64,000 nt of DNA from an uncultured Fibrobacteria bacterium (lineage in GTDB: Bacteria > Fibrobacterota > Fibrobacteria > UBA11236), in NCBI GenBank assembly GCA_963716395.1, contig OY970309.1, forward strand, positions 2,080,001 to 2,144,000, in the 5' to 3' direction. A program made the translations under genes and the position numbers. Below, piece by piece: positions 9,868-19,681 of the stretch. Positions within the stretch are counted from its first letter, which is position 1; each line of letters opens with the position of its first letter. A model generated the notes under the pieces. That model was not told where the DNA came from and ran no database searches. It worked only from the letters and a program-made list of their open reading frames with translations.

Positions 9868-10242
9868 CTACGGCGCAACCGTCACCGTGAAGGTGTAGGC
9901 CGGCGAAATCAAATTGCTGGCGTTGTCATAGGCCGTCACCGTGGCGGTTCCCGGGTTTACACCGATGATTTGCCGGGAATGGTAAATCCTGGCCACCGTG
10001 GTGTCGCCGCTGGTGAGGTAAAAATCGGTGTAGGCGTTGTTGGTTTGCAGCCGGCCGGTGAAATCGCGCGATTTGAGGACGGCCACGGCCGCCGTCGACG
10101 TGTCGCCGGACGCGAGGCTCAGGGAAAAGGAGCCCGCCAAGTTCAGCGATTCGCCGGAGCCGCTGCTGCCGCAGGCGGCTAGGCCGAAAAGCAACGGGAT
10201 GAAGAACAGGGCGTAACAGGAACGAATTCGAACCATGGGCAA
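9868..10242 (-). CDS. Lipoprotein with Ig-like (Big_2-like) fold
   Basis: LAAC lipobox; TSGDTTVA...IIGVNPGTATVTA is typical of bacterial Ig-like domains; last gene of the nfeD/floA run. Confidence 0.6.
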   Translation of the reverse strand: MPMVRIRSCYALFFIPLLFGLAACGSSGSGESLNLAGSFSLSLASGDTSTAAVAVLKSRDFTGRLQTNNAYTDFYLTSGDTTVARIYHSRQIIGVNPGTATVTAYDNASNLISPAYTFTVTVAP

Positions 10243-10260
10243 GCCCTCCTTGTTTTGCGG

Positions 10261-10944
10261 TTAAAACCGGCGCAGGGCCACGGGCCGGTCCAGGATTTCT
10301 TTGAGCATGACGGCTTCGCGCAGGCTGCGCAGATCGCGCAGGCCCGCGCAGAAACGCCTGGGATCGGGGGCGGGCGCACGGGCTGTCCCGATGGCCACGG
10401 CCGCGGCGGCAGGCGCTGCGGTTCCCGACGTCGGCACCGGCAACAGGCGTGTCACCGGTGTCAACGGTACCAAAGGAGTTACGGCTGGCACCGCCAGCCC
10501 CGCCGGCCGGGGAGCGGGTGTGGGCGCTTCCTCACGGCGGGCCGCCCGGGTCACGAGCTCCGGAATAGGCTTTGGTTGCGGACGCGAGGGCGCTGACGGC
10601 GCGGGGAGGCGCATGCCGGGAGCCGGCGGCGCGGGTGGAATTTTCAATCCCAGTTCCCGCGCCAATTGATCGAGCAGGTCTTTTCCCAGCGTGGCGGGCG
10701 GTTCGGTTCTTTGGGAAGCCTTCGGCGCGGTGGCGGCGGCCGTCACCCCCTCGCGCGACTCCCAGTCGAGCGTGCGGCCTTCGCGGTCTGCGCGGTCTGC
10801 GGAGGTCGCCTCCGCGGGGGAAGTCTCCGGTTCTCCGGAACGCGGGGGCGCCGGTTGATCCGCGGCTTTGCGGCGGCGCCGTTTCAAGGCGGCCGCGGCC
10901 ACGTTGAGCACGATGAGCAGCAGAACGAGGGTGTCGATGCGCAT
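10261..10944 (-). CDS. YqfB-like membrane-anchored Pro/Ala-rich protein
   Basis: N-terminal TM helix, low-complexity middle, C-terminal LREAVMLKEILDRPVALR typical of genes following floA. Confidence 0.6.
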   Translation of the reverse strand: MRIDTLVLLLIVLNVAAAALKRRRRKAADQPAPPRSGEPETSPAEATSADRADREGRTLDWESREGVTAAATAPKASQRTEPPATLGKDLLDQLARELGLKIPPAPPAPGMRLPAPSAPSRPQPKPIPELVTRAARREEAPTPAPRPAGLAVPAVTPLVPLTPVTRLLPVPTSGTAAPAAAAVAIGTARAPAPDPRRFCAGLRDLRSLREAVMLKEILDRPVALRRF

Positions 10945-10956
10945 GCGCCGCCCCGC

Positions 10957-11941
10957 TTAAGCCTTGGGGGGTGCGTCGCCGCCGGCGATGCGTTCGCGCA
11001 TGGAGGTGTCGGCCATGATGTTCTTCATTTTGTAGTAATCCATGACTCCAAGGTTGCCGGTGCGAAACGCCTTCGGCATGGCCAGCGGAATCTGCGCTTC
11101 GGCCTCGACCACCTTGGCGCGCATTTCCTGGCCATGCGCGCGATCATTTCCTGCTCCGCGGCGATGGCCATGGCGCGGCGCTCCTCGGCCTTGGCCTGGG
11201 CGATTTTCTTGTCGGCCTCGGCGCGGTCGGTTTCCAGCTCCGCGCCGATGTTCTTTCCCACGTCCACGTCGGCGATGTCGATGGACAGAATCTCAAAGGC
11301 CGTGCCCGCGTCCAAGCCCTTTGTCCAGCACGGTTTTGGAAATGGTGTCGGGATTTTCCAGAACCTCCTTGTGGGTACTCGGCCGAGCCGATGGTGGACA
11401 CGATGCCTTCGCCCACGCGCGCCAGAATGGTTTCCTCGCCGGCGCCGCCCACCAGCCGGTCGATGTTGGTGCGCACCGTGACGCGCGCCATGGCCTTGAG
11501 CTGGATGCCGTCCTTGCGCCACGCCCGCCACCAGCGGGGTCTCGATGACCTTGGGGTTCACCGACATCTGCACGGCCTCAAGCACGTTGCGTCCGGCCAG
11601 GTCGATGGCGGCCGCCCGCTTGAAGTTCAGGGGGATGTTGGCCTTGTCGGCCGCGATCAGCGCCTGCACCACGCGCTGCACGTTGCCCCGGCCAGGAAGT
11701 GGGCTTCGAGGGCATCGGTCGAAAGGTCAAGGCCCGCCTTGACGGCCATGATTTTGGCCTCGACGATGACGCGCGCCGGCACCTTGCGGAAGCGCATGCC
11801 GATCAGTTGCGCGAACGACACATTGGCCTTCGACATCAGGGCCTGGAACCACAGTTTGAAGAAGTTGTACAGGAAAAATAACACTACAATAATTACGATG
11901 ATCACAATCACGCCGAAAATCAGAGTCCAATCGAAATTCAT
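10957..11941 (-). pseudogene. floA: Flotillin-like FloA (YqfA/UPF0365), interrupted by at least 5 single-base indels (pseudogene or sequencing error)
   Basis: FloA segments lie in different frames: [18 protein letters not shown] / [12 protein letters not shown]...AAIDLAGR...VNPKVIETP / [30 protein letters not shown] / [22 protein letters not shown] / [15 protein letters not shown]. Confidence 0.88.
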
Positions 11942-11957
11942 GGGAGTTCCTTTGGGG

Positions 11958-12428
11958 TTAGAGTTTTTCCACCTGAAAACGGCTGCCGGCCACGGCCGTC
12001 ACCTTGACCCGTGCGCCTTTGGCGACGAAATCGCCCGCCGCCTGGGCCTCGAATACCTCGTCGCCCACGCGGATTTTTCCCGTGGGGCGCAACGGGGCCT
12101 CGACCACCGCGGTTTGCCCCACCAACGGGTGTAGGCGTTGGTCTTCGCCTTCGAGCCCCGAGCCTGCGCCCAGATCGAAGCCGTGCGAGATGCTGGATTT
12201 CTGCAGAATGCCGAAGGCAATTTTGACGCCTACCGGCAGCAGGATCAGGTCGGCCAGCCCGAACCCGTAGGCCGCGGCAGGCGGCAGATGCGCCACGACG
12301 TAATACCAGGAATACAACATCAAGGCGGCGCATACGGCCGTGAGGATTCCGTAGGAAACCACCATGGCTTCGGCGATGCCCACCCCGAAGGCGAGGGCTT
12401 GCAGCAGAATGGGCCACAGGTATCTCAC
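11958..12428 (-). CDS. Short NfeD-family protein (TM plus OB fold)
   Basis: GTG start overlaps the upstream TGA; hydrophobic N-half; C-terminal LVGQTAVVEAPLRPTGKIRVG...GDFVAKGARVKV. Confidence 0.8.
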   Translation of the reverse strand: MRYLWPILLQALAFGVGIAEAMVVSYGILTAVCAALMLYSWYYVVAHLPPAAAYGFGLADLILLPVGVKIAFGILQKSSISHGFDLGAGSGLEGEDQRLHPLVGQTAVVEAPLRPTGKIRVGDEVFEAQAAGDFVAKGARVKVTAVAGSRFQVEKL

Positions 12429-13906
12429 GCAGGTTGGTCCTCCACGGGGCGTACCACGAGGTTGAGGCCCTGCACCCGGCACACTTCCACCACTGAGCCG
12501 GGGGGAATGAACTCGCCGCGCGAGGTAACTTCCAGGGTAAGTCCGTCGAACACGGCCTTGCCCGCGGGCCGCAGCGTGGTTTTCACCGTGCCGCGCGCGC
12601 CCAGGGTCGGAAGGGCGGATTCCGGGGCGGCGTGCGCGCCCGCCAGGGTGGTGTCGGGAATAATGCGCACCCGACCGGAAAGATGCGGCAGGACGAAGCG
12701 CAGCATGCCCACGGGAATGAGAAAGGCCAGGGCCGCCATGCCCAATGTCAACACCACGTTGTGCAGCATTTCGCGCAATTGCCAGGGCATCCGGGGATTG
12801 GGCACGGTGAACGATTGGAACGACAAGGTGAGGGCCACCATCATCAGGGCCAAGCCCACGGTTCCGGCGATTAAGGTGCCGGGAAACAGATAGATCTCGA
12901 CCAGGAACAGCACCACGCCTGCCAGCAGCAGCAACAACTCGGTGTGGTTTGCCAGGCCCACGGCATATTTGGATCCGAACGCCACCGCCAGGCAGGTGAT
13001 GCCGATGACAGCGAAGATGGTGTGCCCGGGCGCCTTGAACTCGAGGTACAGTGCGCCGAAGCCGATCAGCATGAGCAGGGGAGTGAACCGGCCCAGCACG
13101 CGCGCCAGATCTTCGGACCAGGTGGTGGACATGACTTCGGTTTCGCGCCAACCTTTGTGGCGAAGAAAAGCCGCGAGGTCGGGAAAGGATCCCTGCGAGA
13201 ACCCGTAGTGCTGGGCCTCTTCGTCGGTGAGGGTCAACAGTTGCCCGTCGGGAACGATGATCTTGTGATCGGAGTAGGCTTTCTTATCGACCGCGCTCAG
13301 CGCGTTCCATTGTTTGGCGGTGAAAAAACGCGGGGGGCCTTTGGCCTTGGGAAAGGCTTCGACCGCGCCGTCGGCCGTGACCATGGCCTGGCTCAGCACG
13401 TTGGGGTAGCCGTTGCGTTCGGCCAGGTTACGGAACTTGGCGCGCAGCGGCGACTGGATTTTCTCGCCCAGCATGATGATGCCGCTTTGCCCGCCCTGCA
13501 TGATGGGCGCGCAGTCGCCGATGGTGGTTCCCTGGGCCATGGCCATGCGGTTGCACGACAGCGAGATCAGCGCGCCGGCCGAAATGGCCTTTTTGTCGAC
13601 GAACACATAGGTACTGCAAGGCTTGACCGACAGCAGCAAATCCACGATGTCGAAGGCGGCCTGCAATTCGCCGCCGTAGGTGTCGACCTTGTACACCAGA
13701 TAGTCGGGATGGGTTTGCAGCGCCTGCGCCGTGGCGCGCTTGAGGAAGGCGTACATGCCTTCGTCCACTTCGTTTTGTACGGGAATGACGACCACCCGTT
13801 TCTCCGCCCGGGGTGCGGGCAAGGAGGTATCGGCGGCCGCGGTCCGGATCGGCGCAAGGGCCCATCCCGCCAGGATAAGGCCATAGCAACATGTGTGCAA
13901 TCGCAT
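12425..13906 (-). CDS. nfeD: Long NfeD (ClpP-like serine protease, TM and OB domains), YqeZ-like
   Basis: DTYGG, AISAGALI and TIGDCAPI protease motifs; TM bundle; C-terminal TTLRPAGKA. Confidence 0.9.
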   Translation of the reverse strand: MRLHTCCYGLILAGWALAPIRTAAADTSLPAPRAEKRVVVIPVQNEVDEGMYAFLKRATAQALQTHPDYLVYKVDTYGGELQAAFDIVDLLLSVKPCSTYVFVDKKAISAGALISLSCNRMAMAQGTTIGDCAPIMQGGQSGIIMLGEKIQSPLRAKFRNLAERNGYPNVLSQAMVTADGAVEAFPKAKGPPRFFTAKQWNALSAVDKKAYSDHKIIVPDGQLLTLTDEEAQHYGFSQGSFPDLAAFLRHKGWRETEVMSTTWSEDLARVLGRFTPLLMLIGFGALYLEFKAPGHTIFAVIGITCLAVAFGSKYAVGLANHTELLLLLAGVVLFLVEIYLFPGTLIAGTVGLALMMVALTLSFQSFTVPNPRMPWQLREMLHNVVLTLGMAALAFLIPVGMLRFVLPHLSGRVRIIPDTTLAGAHAAPESALPTLGARGTVKTTLRPAGKAVFDGLTLEVTSRGEFIPPGSVVEVCRVQGLNLVVRPVEDQPA

Positions 13907-14043
13907 GGCGGATTTAAGATAGAACTTGTTGATTTTGCCTTTACCGCCGGAGCTGGTTTATTCGAATGGGCAAGGAATCGGTAGCGTCGCTTCCCGCGGG
14001 AAGCGACGAAGGATTGCGCCTAGCGCATTTTGCGCGACGGGTT

Positions 14044-14511
14044 TTAAACGCGCATCGCGTCCACCGAAGGCGGATCGGCATTGGTTTTATCGGCGCGGGA
14101 GTAATTCTGATCCTGGCGTGCATGGTTGACGGCGTTTTTCTGCACATAGACCTGAAAGACCTCGTCGGCCGACAAGCCGGCCGTGAGCGCCAAAGAAATC
14201 CAGAAATGCAATTGATCCACGATTTCGACGCGGATATTCTGCAGATCGAGATGGTCCTTCGACCACCACTTCCACAGCAGTTCTTCGCGCAATTCGCGCG
14301 ACTCGTCGTCGAGTGCCGTCAGAAATTTGCCCAGCCAGGCGTTGACGTCGGTGTTGGGTCCCAACGGGACGGCCGAGCGCGCTTCGGCGCGCAGGGCTTG
14401 CATGCTCAGGGTATTTCCGTCGCGGCCGCGCAGGTCTTGTTTGGCGAAGATGCGGTCGTTGAGTTCGGTTTGCAGGGCGAACAATTGATCGAGTTTGTCG
14501 GCGGGGTTCAT
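14044..14511 (-). CDS. Dimeric all-alpha dUTPase (dUTPase_2/MazG-like)
   Basis: E..EL.EELLWKWWSK, EIVDQLHF and Y..KNAVNHARQ motifs. Confidence 0.8.
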   Translation of the reverse strand: MNPADKLDQLFALQTELNDRIFAKQDLRGRDGNTLSMQALRAEARSAVPLGPNTDVNAWLGKFLTALDDESRELREELLWKWWSKDHLDLQNIRVEIVDQLHFWISLALTAGLSADEVFQVYVQKNAVNHARQDQNYSRADKTNADPPSVDAMRV

Positions 14512-14554
14512 GCCGACAAAGGTATTAGAAGCGCAGGCCGCAGCGGGGGCGCCT

Positions 14555-15994
14555 TCACGGATTCCAACTCACTTTTCCCCCTTCGGCGGGATTCGCCAGA
14601 ATTTGGCGGGCGCGCGGGGCGAATTGTTGTGCGAGCGCTTGCGCGATTTCAGACGCGCTGCGCGTTTTCGGGCCGAGACAGAGTTGGCGGTAGGCCTCGT
14701 CGTAGAGATCGGCCAAATCGAAAAACCCGGGGCGTCCCAATCCCGTGGTGTATCCGTTGGCCAAGAGTTGCGCGGCCGCGGCCTGAAAAGCCGCTTCGGT
14801 CCAATCGTTGCCGTACAGCAGGCTCAGGTCGGCGAGCAAGTCTTTGCGCGCGGGCATGAGCCCGAAGCCGGCGCTTTCTTCGATTTGGAGTTTGGCTGCG
14901 TCCAGAAAGCCGGCCAGTTTCACGGCCAAAGCCGGAGCCCGCGCGCGCGCCGGCACCGCGAACCACCAGACGCGCGTGAAGGCCGCATCGGTTTTTTCGG
15001 CGGCCAACCCGGCGGCGTCGAGGTCGAGAGCGGCGCCGCGCGGCAAGGTGCAGACGCCGACATCCTCGGGATCGGGCGCGGCCGCGGGGTACTGCACGGT
15101 TTCGTCGCCGTGGATGCGCCACGCCAGGCGCGGGTAAACTTCGGCCAAAAAAACCTCGCCGTTTTGAAACAGGGTCAAGAGCGGCAAATCCGCGCCGTCG
15201 CCCGTAGCTGCAGGGTGGCAAAGGCCCTGTTGTGCGAAGGCCGCCTGCCATTGGAAGAGTTGCTGCACCGCCGGGCCGCGCATGCGCGCGAGGTCCGCCG
15301 TATCGGCGCCCAAGCGCGCGCCGCGATCCCACAGCGAGAGCGCCCGGGCGTCGGCATTGCCGCCGTCGTCGCAGACCAGGCGGCCGTGCGTGGCGCCCCG
15401 CGACTCATGGGTTTTCCAAAACCAGCCGGCCACGAACACGTCGTAAAAATCCCATTGCGCGGGATTGTCCTCCAGGCGGTAATTGAGGGGCAGGCCGCGG
15501 CCGTTATAGCGGCGCAGGACCGAATCGATTTCCGATCGCTGCGCGGCCCAATGCTCGGCGGCTTCGCGCACCTGGCGGCGGGAATACACCAGCAGCTTGG
15601 TCTCCAAAAACCGCGGCAGCAAATAGTGTTGCGATCCCGGCCACGTCTCGGTGAAGAAGAAATTGCGCCGCCATGCTTGCCGGCCGGCGCTGTCGATCCA
15701 CGGGTCGAGGTCGGCCAATTCTCCGTTGCGAATGAGGGTGGGCGCGGCTTCATCCGGGATTTCCGCCAGATCGGGGAGGCTGTCGCCGGCCGCCAGGCGC
15801 GCCCCCAAGCTCGCCGCATCGCTGTAAGCAGTGATGCGGATCACGCAGTTGTTTTTCGCTTCGAAGGGTTTGAGGTGCTCCCGCAGAAAGTTGCGCTCGG
15901 GTTCCGAAGCGCGGGTCAAAAGATTCAAAGTGGCCGGCGGAGCGCAGGCCAGGAAGGGCAACGCGAGGAAACCGGAAACCAGTTTTCGGCGCAT
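14555..15994 (-). CDS. Extracellular solute-binding lipoprotein (sugar-binding family 1-like)
   Basis: LAC lipobox; PDLAEI, LADLDPWI, LPRFLETKLLVY and GVCTLPRG segments. Confidence 0.7.
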   Translation of the reverse strand: MRRKLVSGFLALPFLACAPPATLNLLTRASEPERNFLREHLKPFEAKNNCVIRITAYSDAASLGARLAAGDSLPDLAEIPDEAAPTLIRNGELADLDPWIDSAGRQAWRRNFFFTETWPGSQHYLLPRFLETKLLVYSRRQVREAAEHWAAQRSEIDSVLRRYNGRGLPLNYRLEDNPAQWDFYDVFVAGWFWKTHESRGATHGRLVCDDGGNADARALSLWDRGARLGADTADLARMRGPAVQQLFQWQAAFAQQGLCHPAATGDGADLPLLTLFQNGEVFLAEVYPRLAWRIHGDETVQYPAAAPDPEDVGVCTLPRGAALDLDAAGLAAEKTDAAFTRVWWFAVPARARAPALAVKLAGFLDAAKLQIEESAGFGLMPARKDLLADLSLLYGNDWTEAAFQAAAAQLLANGYTTGLGRPGFFDLADLYDEAYRQLCLGPKTRSASEIAQALAQQFAPRARQILANPAEGGKVSWNP

Positions 15995-16139
15995 CCAAGT
16001 CTTTCTGTTTGGGAAGCGAGAACGCCGGTGCCCACGGGATGCCGGCGGGCGTCCTCTCCGTGCCCTGGAATCCCCTTTTAATTGTACTGCGAGTGCGGGG
16101 GCGGGCGCGATGCAATTATCGCGACCGAGGCGATGCGCC

Positions 16140-18194
16140 CTACAGCAGCGAAACCGGATCGCGATCCAGGCGGAGTTTGATCTTCTTGGGGAGTTTGGGC
16201 GGCAGGGCGTGCAGGGCTTCGCCCACCAGCCATTCCAACTGATTGGGGTAATCGCATTTAATCAGTAAGTGCAGGCGATACGCGTTGCGCACTTTTTTCA
16301 AGGCCGCCGGCACCGGACCCAGCACGTCGGCATGGGCCTGCGGGGCCAGGGCGCGCAGGCGATCGGCCAGGGGACGAAAGACCGCCGCCGCCTCCGCTTC
16401 CGAAGGGCCCGACAGCTCGCAGAGCAGCAGGCGCCGGAAAGGGGGATAGCCGAGCTCCTGCCGCTTTTCCGCCTCTTCCTGGTAAAAATGTTCGTAGTCG
16501 TGATTCAAAGCACATTGCAAAATGCGCCCTTCGGGCCGGAAGGTTTGCAGGAACACGCGCCCGGCGCCGCTGCGGCGTCCGGCCCGGCCCGCCACCTGGG
16601 TGATGAGTTGAAAGGCGCGTTCCTCGGCGCGAAAATCGGCGAACCCCAACCCCGCGTCGGCGTCGAGCACACCCACCACTTCGACCTTGGGGAAGTCATG
16701 GCCTTTGGCCACCATTTGCGTGCCCAGCAAAATGCGTGAAGCGCCGGATCGGAACCGCGCCAGCGCCGCTTCCAGGCTGCCGGCGCGGCCGACATTGTCG
16801 CGATCGAGCCGTTCGAGGCCCGTGCGCGGAAACACGCCGCGCAGGAACTCCTCGATTTTTTCCACGCCGCGCCCCACGTCGAGGAATTCCACCCCGGAAC
16901 AATGGGGGCAGGGCGCCTCGGGGGCGAAGATCGAGCCGCAATAATGGCATTGCAAAACGCGGGGCTGGCGGTGAAACACCAAGGCCACCGAACAGCGGGG
17001 ACACATGCGTGTTTCCCCGCAGCCGGTGCAGACCCGGCGGGGCGCATAGCCGCGGCGGTTGAGAAAGAGCACGGTCTGTTCGCCCCGGTCCAGCGCCGCC
17101 TGCATGGCGTCGCGCAGCGGAATGGAAAGCGGCGCATCGCCCTGCAGGGCGCATTGCGCTTTCATGTCCACCACCTCGATGCGCGGCAGGGCGACGGCCG
17201 TGGCCCGCTCGGTCAGCCGCAGCAGGGTGTATTTGCCCAGGCGCGCGGCCTGATAGCTCTCCAGCGACGGGGTGGCGCTGCCGAGCACCACCGGGCAGTC
17301 CGCCTGCCGGCCCCGGAACAAGGCTACGTCACGGGCATGATACCGGGGGGAGGGATCGGCCTGCTTGTAGCTGGAGTCGTGTTCTTCGTCCACTATGATC
17401 AGCCCCAGGTTTTCCAAGGGCGCCAGCGCGGCGGAGCGGGCCCCGATCACGAGATCGACCTCGCCGGCGAGCAGCCGCTTCCACAAATCGCGGCGTTCCG
17501 GATCGGATAATCCGCTGTGCAAGACGGGCACAGGGCGGCCCAGAAACGATTCGAAGCGCGCCACGGTTTGGGGTGTCAGCGCGATTTCGGGCAGCAGCAC
17601 CAGCACCCTTCGGCCCAAGGCGAGCGCGCGCGCGGCCAGATGCAGGTACACCAAAGTTTTCCCGCTGCCGGTGACGCCATGCAGCAAAAAGGCGCGGTAG
17701 GCGCAGGGGGAAAGCGCGGCCGCGACGGCCTCGATGGCCCGGCCTTGCGCGGGCGTGGGGTGCGGCGCCTCCCCTTCCGCCGCGAGGGGAACCGGGACGG
17801 AGTCCGGCGTTTGGGTTTTCGCCCGGCGTTTGGGCGGGTGGAACAGGGACCGGGCGGCCACTTTGGGCAGCGCGGCCTGGAATACCTGGGGGAGAGGCGT
17901 GAAATAATAGCGGCTCAGCCATTGCAGCAATTCCAGCCAGTCCCGCGGGACGCACGCGTGCTGCAAAGACAGGCCGAGAATGGCCTTGGTCGCGAAGTCC
18001 AATTCCGGAAATCCGGTCGCGACCACCACCCCGGCCAGCTTGCGGGATTTAAGCGGCACTTCCACCAACGTGCCGGGGGCGAGGTCTGCGGGCGAAATCT
18101 CGCCGCAATGGTACCAGTAGGCTTTGGGCATGCCGCCCCCCACCAGAACCAAGGCTTTGCAGCCCGCTTTTTCCGCTTGGACCCCGATTTCCAC
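16140..18194 (-). CDS. priA: Primosomal protein N' (replication restart helicase)
   Basis: LHGVTGSGKT, LLPEIALTPQ, DEEHD.SYKQ, SATPS, Cys-rich Zn motifs, GTQMVAKGHDF and QVAGRAGR. Confidence 0.97.
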   Translation of the reverse strand: MEIGVQAEKAGCKALVLVGGGMPKAYWYHCGEISPADLAPGTLVEVPLKSRKLAGVVVATGFPELDFATKAILGLSLQHACVPRDWLELLQWLSRYYFTPLPQVFQAALPKVAARSLFHPPKRRAKTQTPDSVPVPLAAEGEAPHPTPAQGRAIEAVAAALSPCAYRAFLLHGVTGSGKTLVYLHLAARALALGRRVLVLLPEIALTPQTVARFESFLGRPVPVLHSGLSDPERRDLWKRLLAGEVDLVIGARSAALAPLENLGLIIVDEEHDSSYKQADPSPRYHARDVALFRGRQADCPVVLGSATPSLESYQAARLGKYTLLRLTERATAVALPRIEVVDMKAQCALQGDAPLSIPLRDAMQAALDRGEQTVLFLNRRGYAPRRVCTGCGETRMCPRCSVALVFHRQPRVLQCHYCGSIFAPEAPCPHCSGVEFLDVGRGVEKIEEFLRGVFPRTGLERLDRDNVGRAGSLEAALARFRSGASRILLGTQMVAKGHDFPKVEVVGVLDADAGLGFADFRAEERAFQLITQVAGRAGRRSGAGRVFLQTFRPEGRILQCALNHDYEHFYQEEAEKRQELGYPPFRRLLLCELSGPSEAEAAAVFRPLADRLRALAPQAHADVLGPVPAALKKVRNAYRLHLLIKCDYPNQLEWLVGEALHALPPKLPKKIKLRLDRDPVSLL

Positions 18195-18250
18195 CGGGGT
18201 TTATAATAAGTAACGTCGCGGCCGGCTTTCTCCACCGGCGCGGCCGAACC

Positions 18251-19669
18251 ATGGCGCAAGAAGCGATCTCCACCGCGGCCGCCGCGCCGTTTCATTTTCG
18301 GCTGTCCGAAGACGGCATGCAGGCGTTTGTCGATTTCGACGCGGCCCCCGGCGACGCGACTTTGCAACTCGACGATTTTGTGCGCGTCTGGAAGGCCGAA
18401 GGTTTTGACCCCGAAGCGTTGAATCCCGAACGCATTCTGGAAGCCGCCGATGTCTGGAATCAAAACCATCAGGCGCAGCACGGCGTGCTCGTGGCCGCAG
18501 CGCCGCAGGCGCCCGCATCGGGACGCGATGGGCGCCTCGAAATTCTGGTGGAAATGAAATCGCCCGCGCCGGCCGAATCCGCAGGCGGCCGCGTGGATCT
18601 CCGCAAGACGCATTCCCTTTGCCTGGTAGAAAAGGACCAAGTGCTGGTGCGCCGCCATCCTCCGGAAAAAGGCCGCGCCGGCCGCGACTTGCGCGGCCGG
18701 GAAATCGCCGCGCCCGACGGACAGGACGTACCGCTGCCGCAAGGCGAAGGCTTGCTGCCCTCCCCGCAAGACGCCAATGTGCTGGTCGCGGGCGTGTCGG
18801 GTTATGTCGCCTGGGAAGGCGGCCGTTTGTGCGTGCGCGAACGCTTCGTGGTCAACGGAGGGGTCGATTATTCCACCGGCCACATTGAATACGGACGCTC
18901 GGTCACGGTGCAGGGCGAAGTGCAAGAGGGCTTCTGCGTGCGCGTCGGCGGTGATTTGGAAGTGGCGGGCCCGGTCGGCGACGCCCAGTTAACCGTCGGC
19001 GGTAACGTCATGCTGCACGGCGGATTCGTGGGTGCCGGGCAAGGATGCCTCAACGCCAAGGGCGAAGTGCAGGTGGGGTTCGTTTCCAATCAAACCATCC
19101 GCGCCTACCGGTCGCTGACGGTGGAAAAGGAAGCGTTCAACGCCCGGCTGTATACCAAAGAAAACCTCATCGTCAAAGGTCCGTTTGTGGGCGGGGGCGC
19201 CGTTGCGGGGCTGCGCATGGAATGTAAAGCGCTGGGCAATGACTTGGGAACCAAAACCGAAATCGAACTGGGCGTCGATTACCTCGACTTCGAGCGCCGG
19301 GAAGAGTTGGAGCGCAAAATCCGGGAGCTGACCGAGGCCCTGCAGAAAATGCGGTTACGCATGGCGCATCTCAAAGATGCTTTTCAGAAAACCCGCAAGC
19401 TGATCCCCTCCGCGGCCAGAACCTTGCTGGAACTACGCCGCAAGTGCGAAACCATCGCCACGACCCTGCCCCAGCTCGAAATGCGTAAAAACGCAGTCAT
19501 CGACCGCATTCGCCAGGGATATTACCGCAAAGGCATCGAGCTCAAAATCGAAAGCCGGGTTTATCCCGGCGCCGTGATCCGCGTGGGCAGCCAAGTGCTG
19601 CGCGTCAGCGAAGAAACGTCCGGTCCGCGCCATATGAGTTATTTCGACAATCAAATCCACGTGTACTGA
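18251..19669 (+). CDS. fapA: FapA/DUF342 family protein (flagellar assembly protein A)
   Basis: G.DG...GRVDLR, VDYSTGHIEY.GSVTV.G.V..GF.V, a coiled coil and VYPGAVIRVG. Confidence 0.85.
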   Translation: MAQEAISTAAAAPFHFRLSEDGMQAFVDFDAAPGDATLQLDDFVRVWKAEGFDPEALNPERILEAADVWNQNHQAQHGVLVAAAPQAPASGRDGRLEILVEMKSPAPAESAGGRVDLRKTHSLCLVEKDQVLVRRHPPEKGRAGRDLRGREIAAPDGQDVPLPQGEGLLPSPQDANVLVAGVSGYVAWEGGRLCVRERFVVNGGVDYSTGHIEYGRSVTVQGEVQEGFCVRVGGDLEVAGPVGDAQLTVGGNVMLHGGFVGAGQGCLNAKGEVQVGFVSNQTIRAYRSLTVEKEAFNARLYTKENLIVKGPFVGGGAVAGLRMECKALGNDLGTKTEIELGVDYLDFERREELERKIRELTEALQKMRLRMAHLKDAFQKTRKLIPSAARTLLELRRKCETIATTLPQLEMRKNAVIDRIRQGYYRKGIELKIESRVYPGAVIRVGSQVLRVSEETSGPRHMSYFDNQIHVY

Positions 19670-19681
19670 TGCGATTCTCCC

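Noticed and set aside
12429-13151. N-terminal extension of ORF 11958-13151
   Set aside because: Overlaps long nfeD out of frame; the real start is the coupled GTG at 12428.
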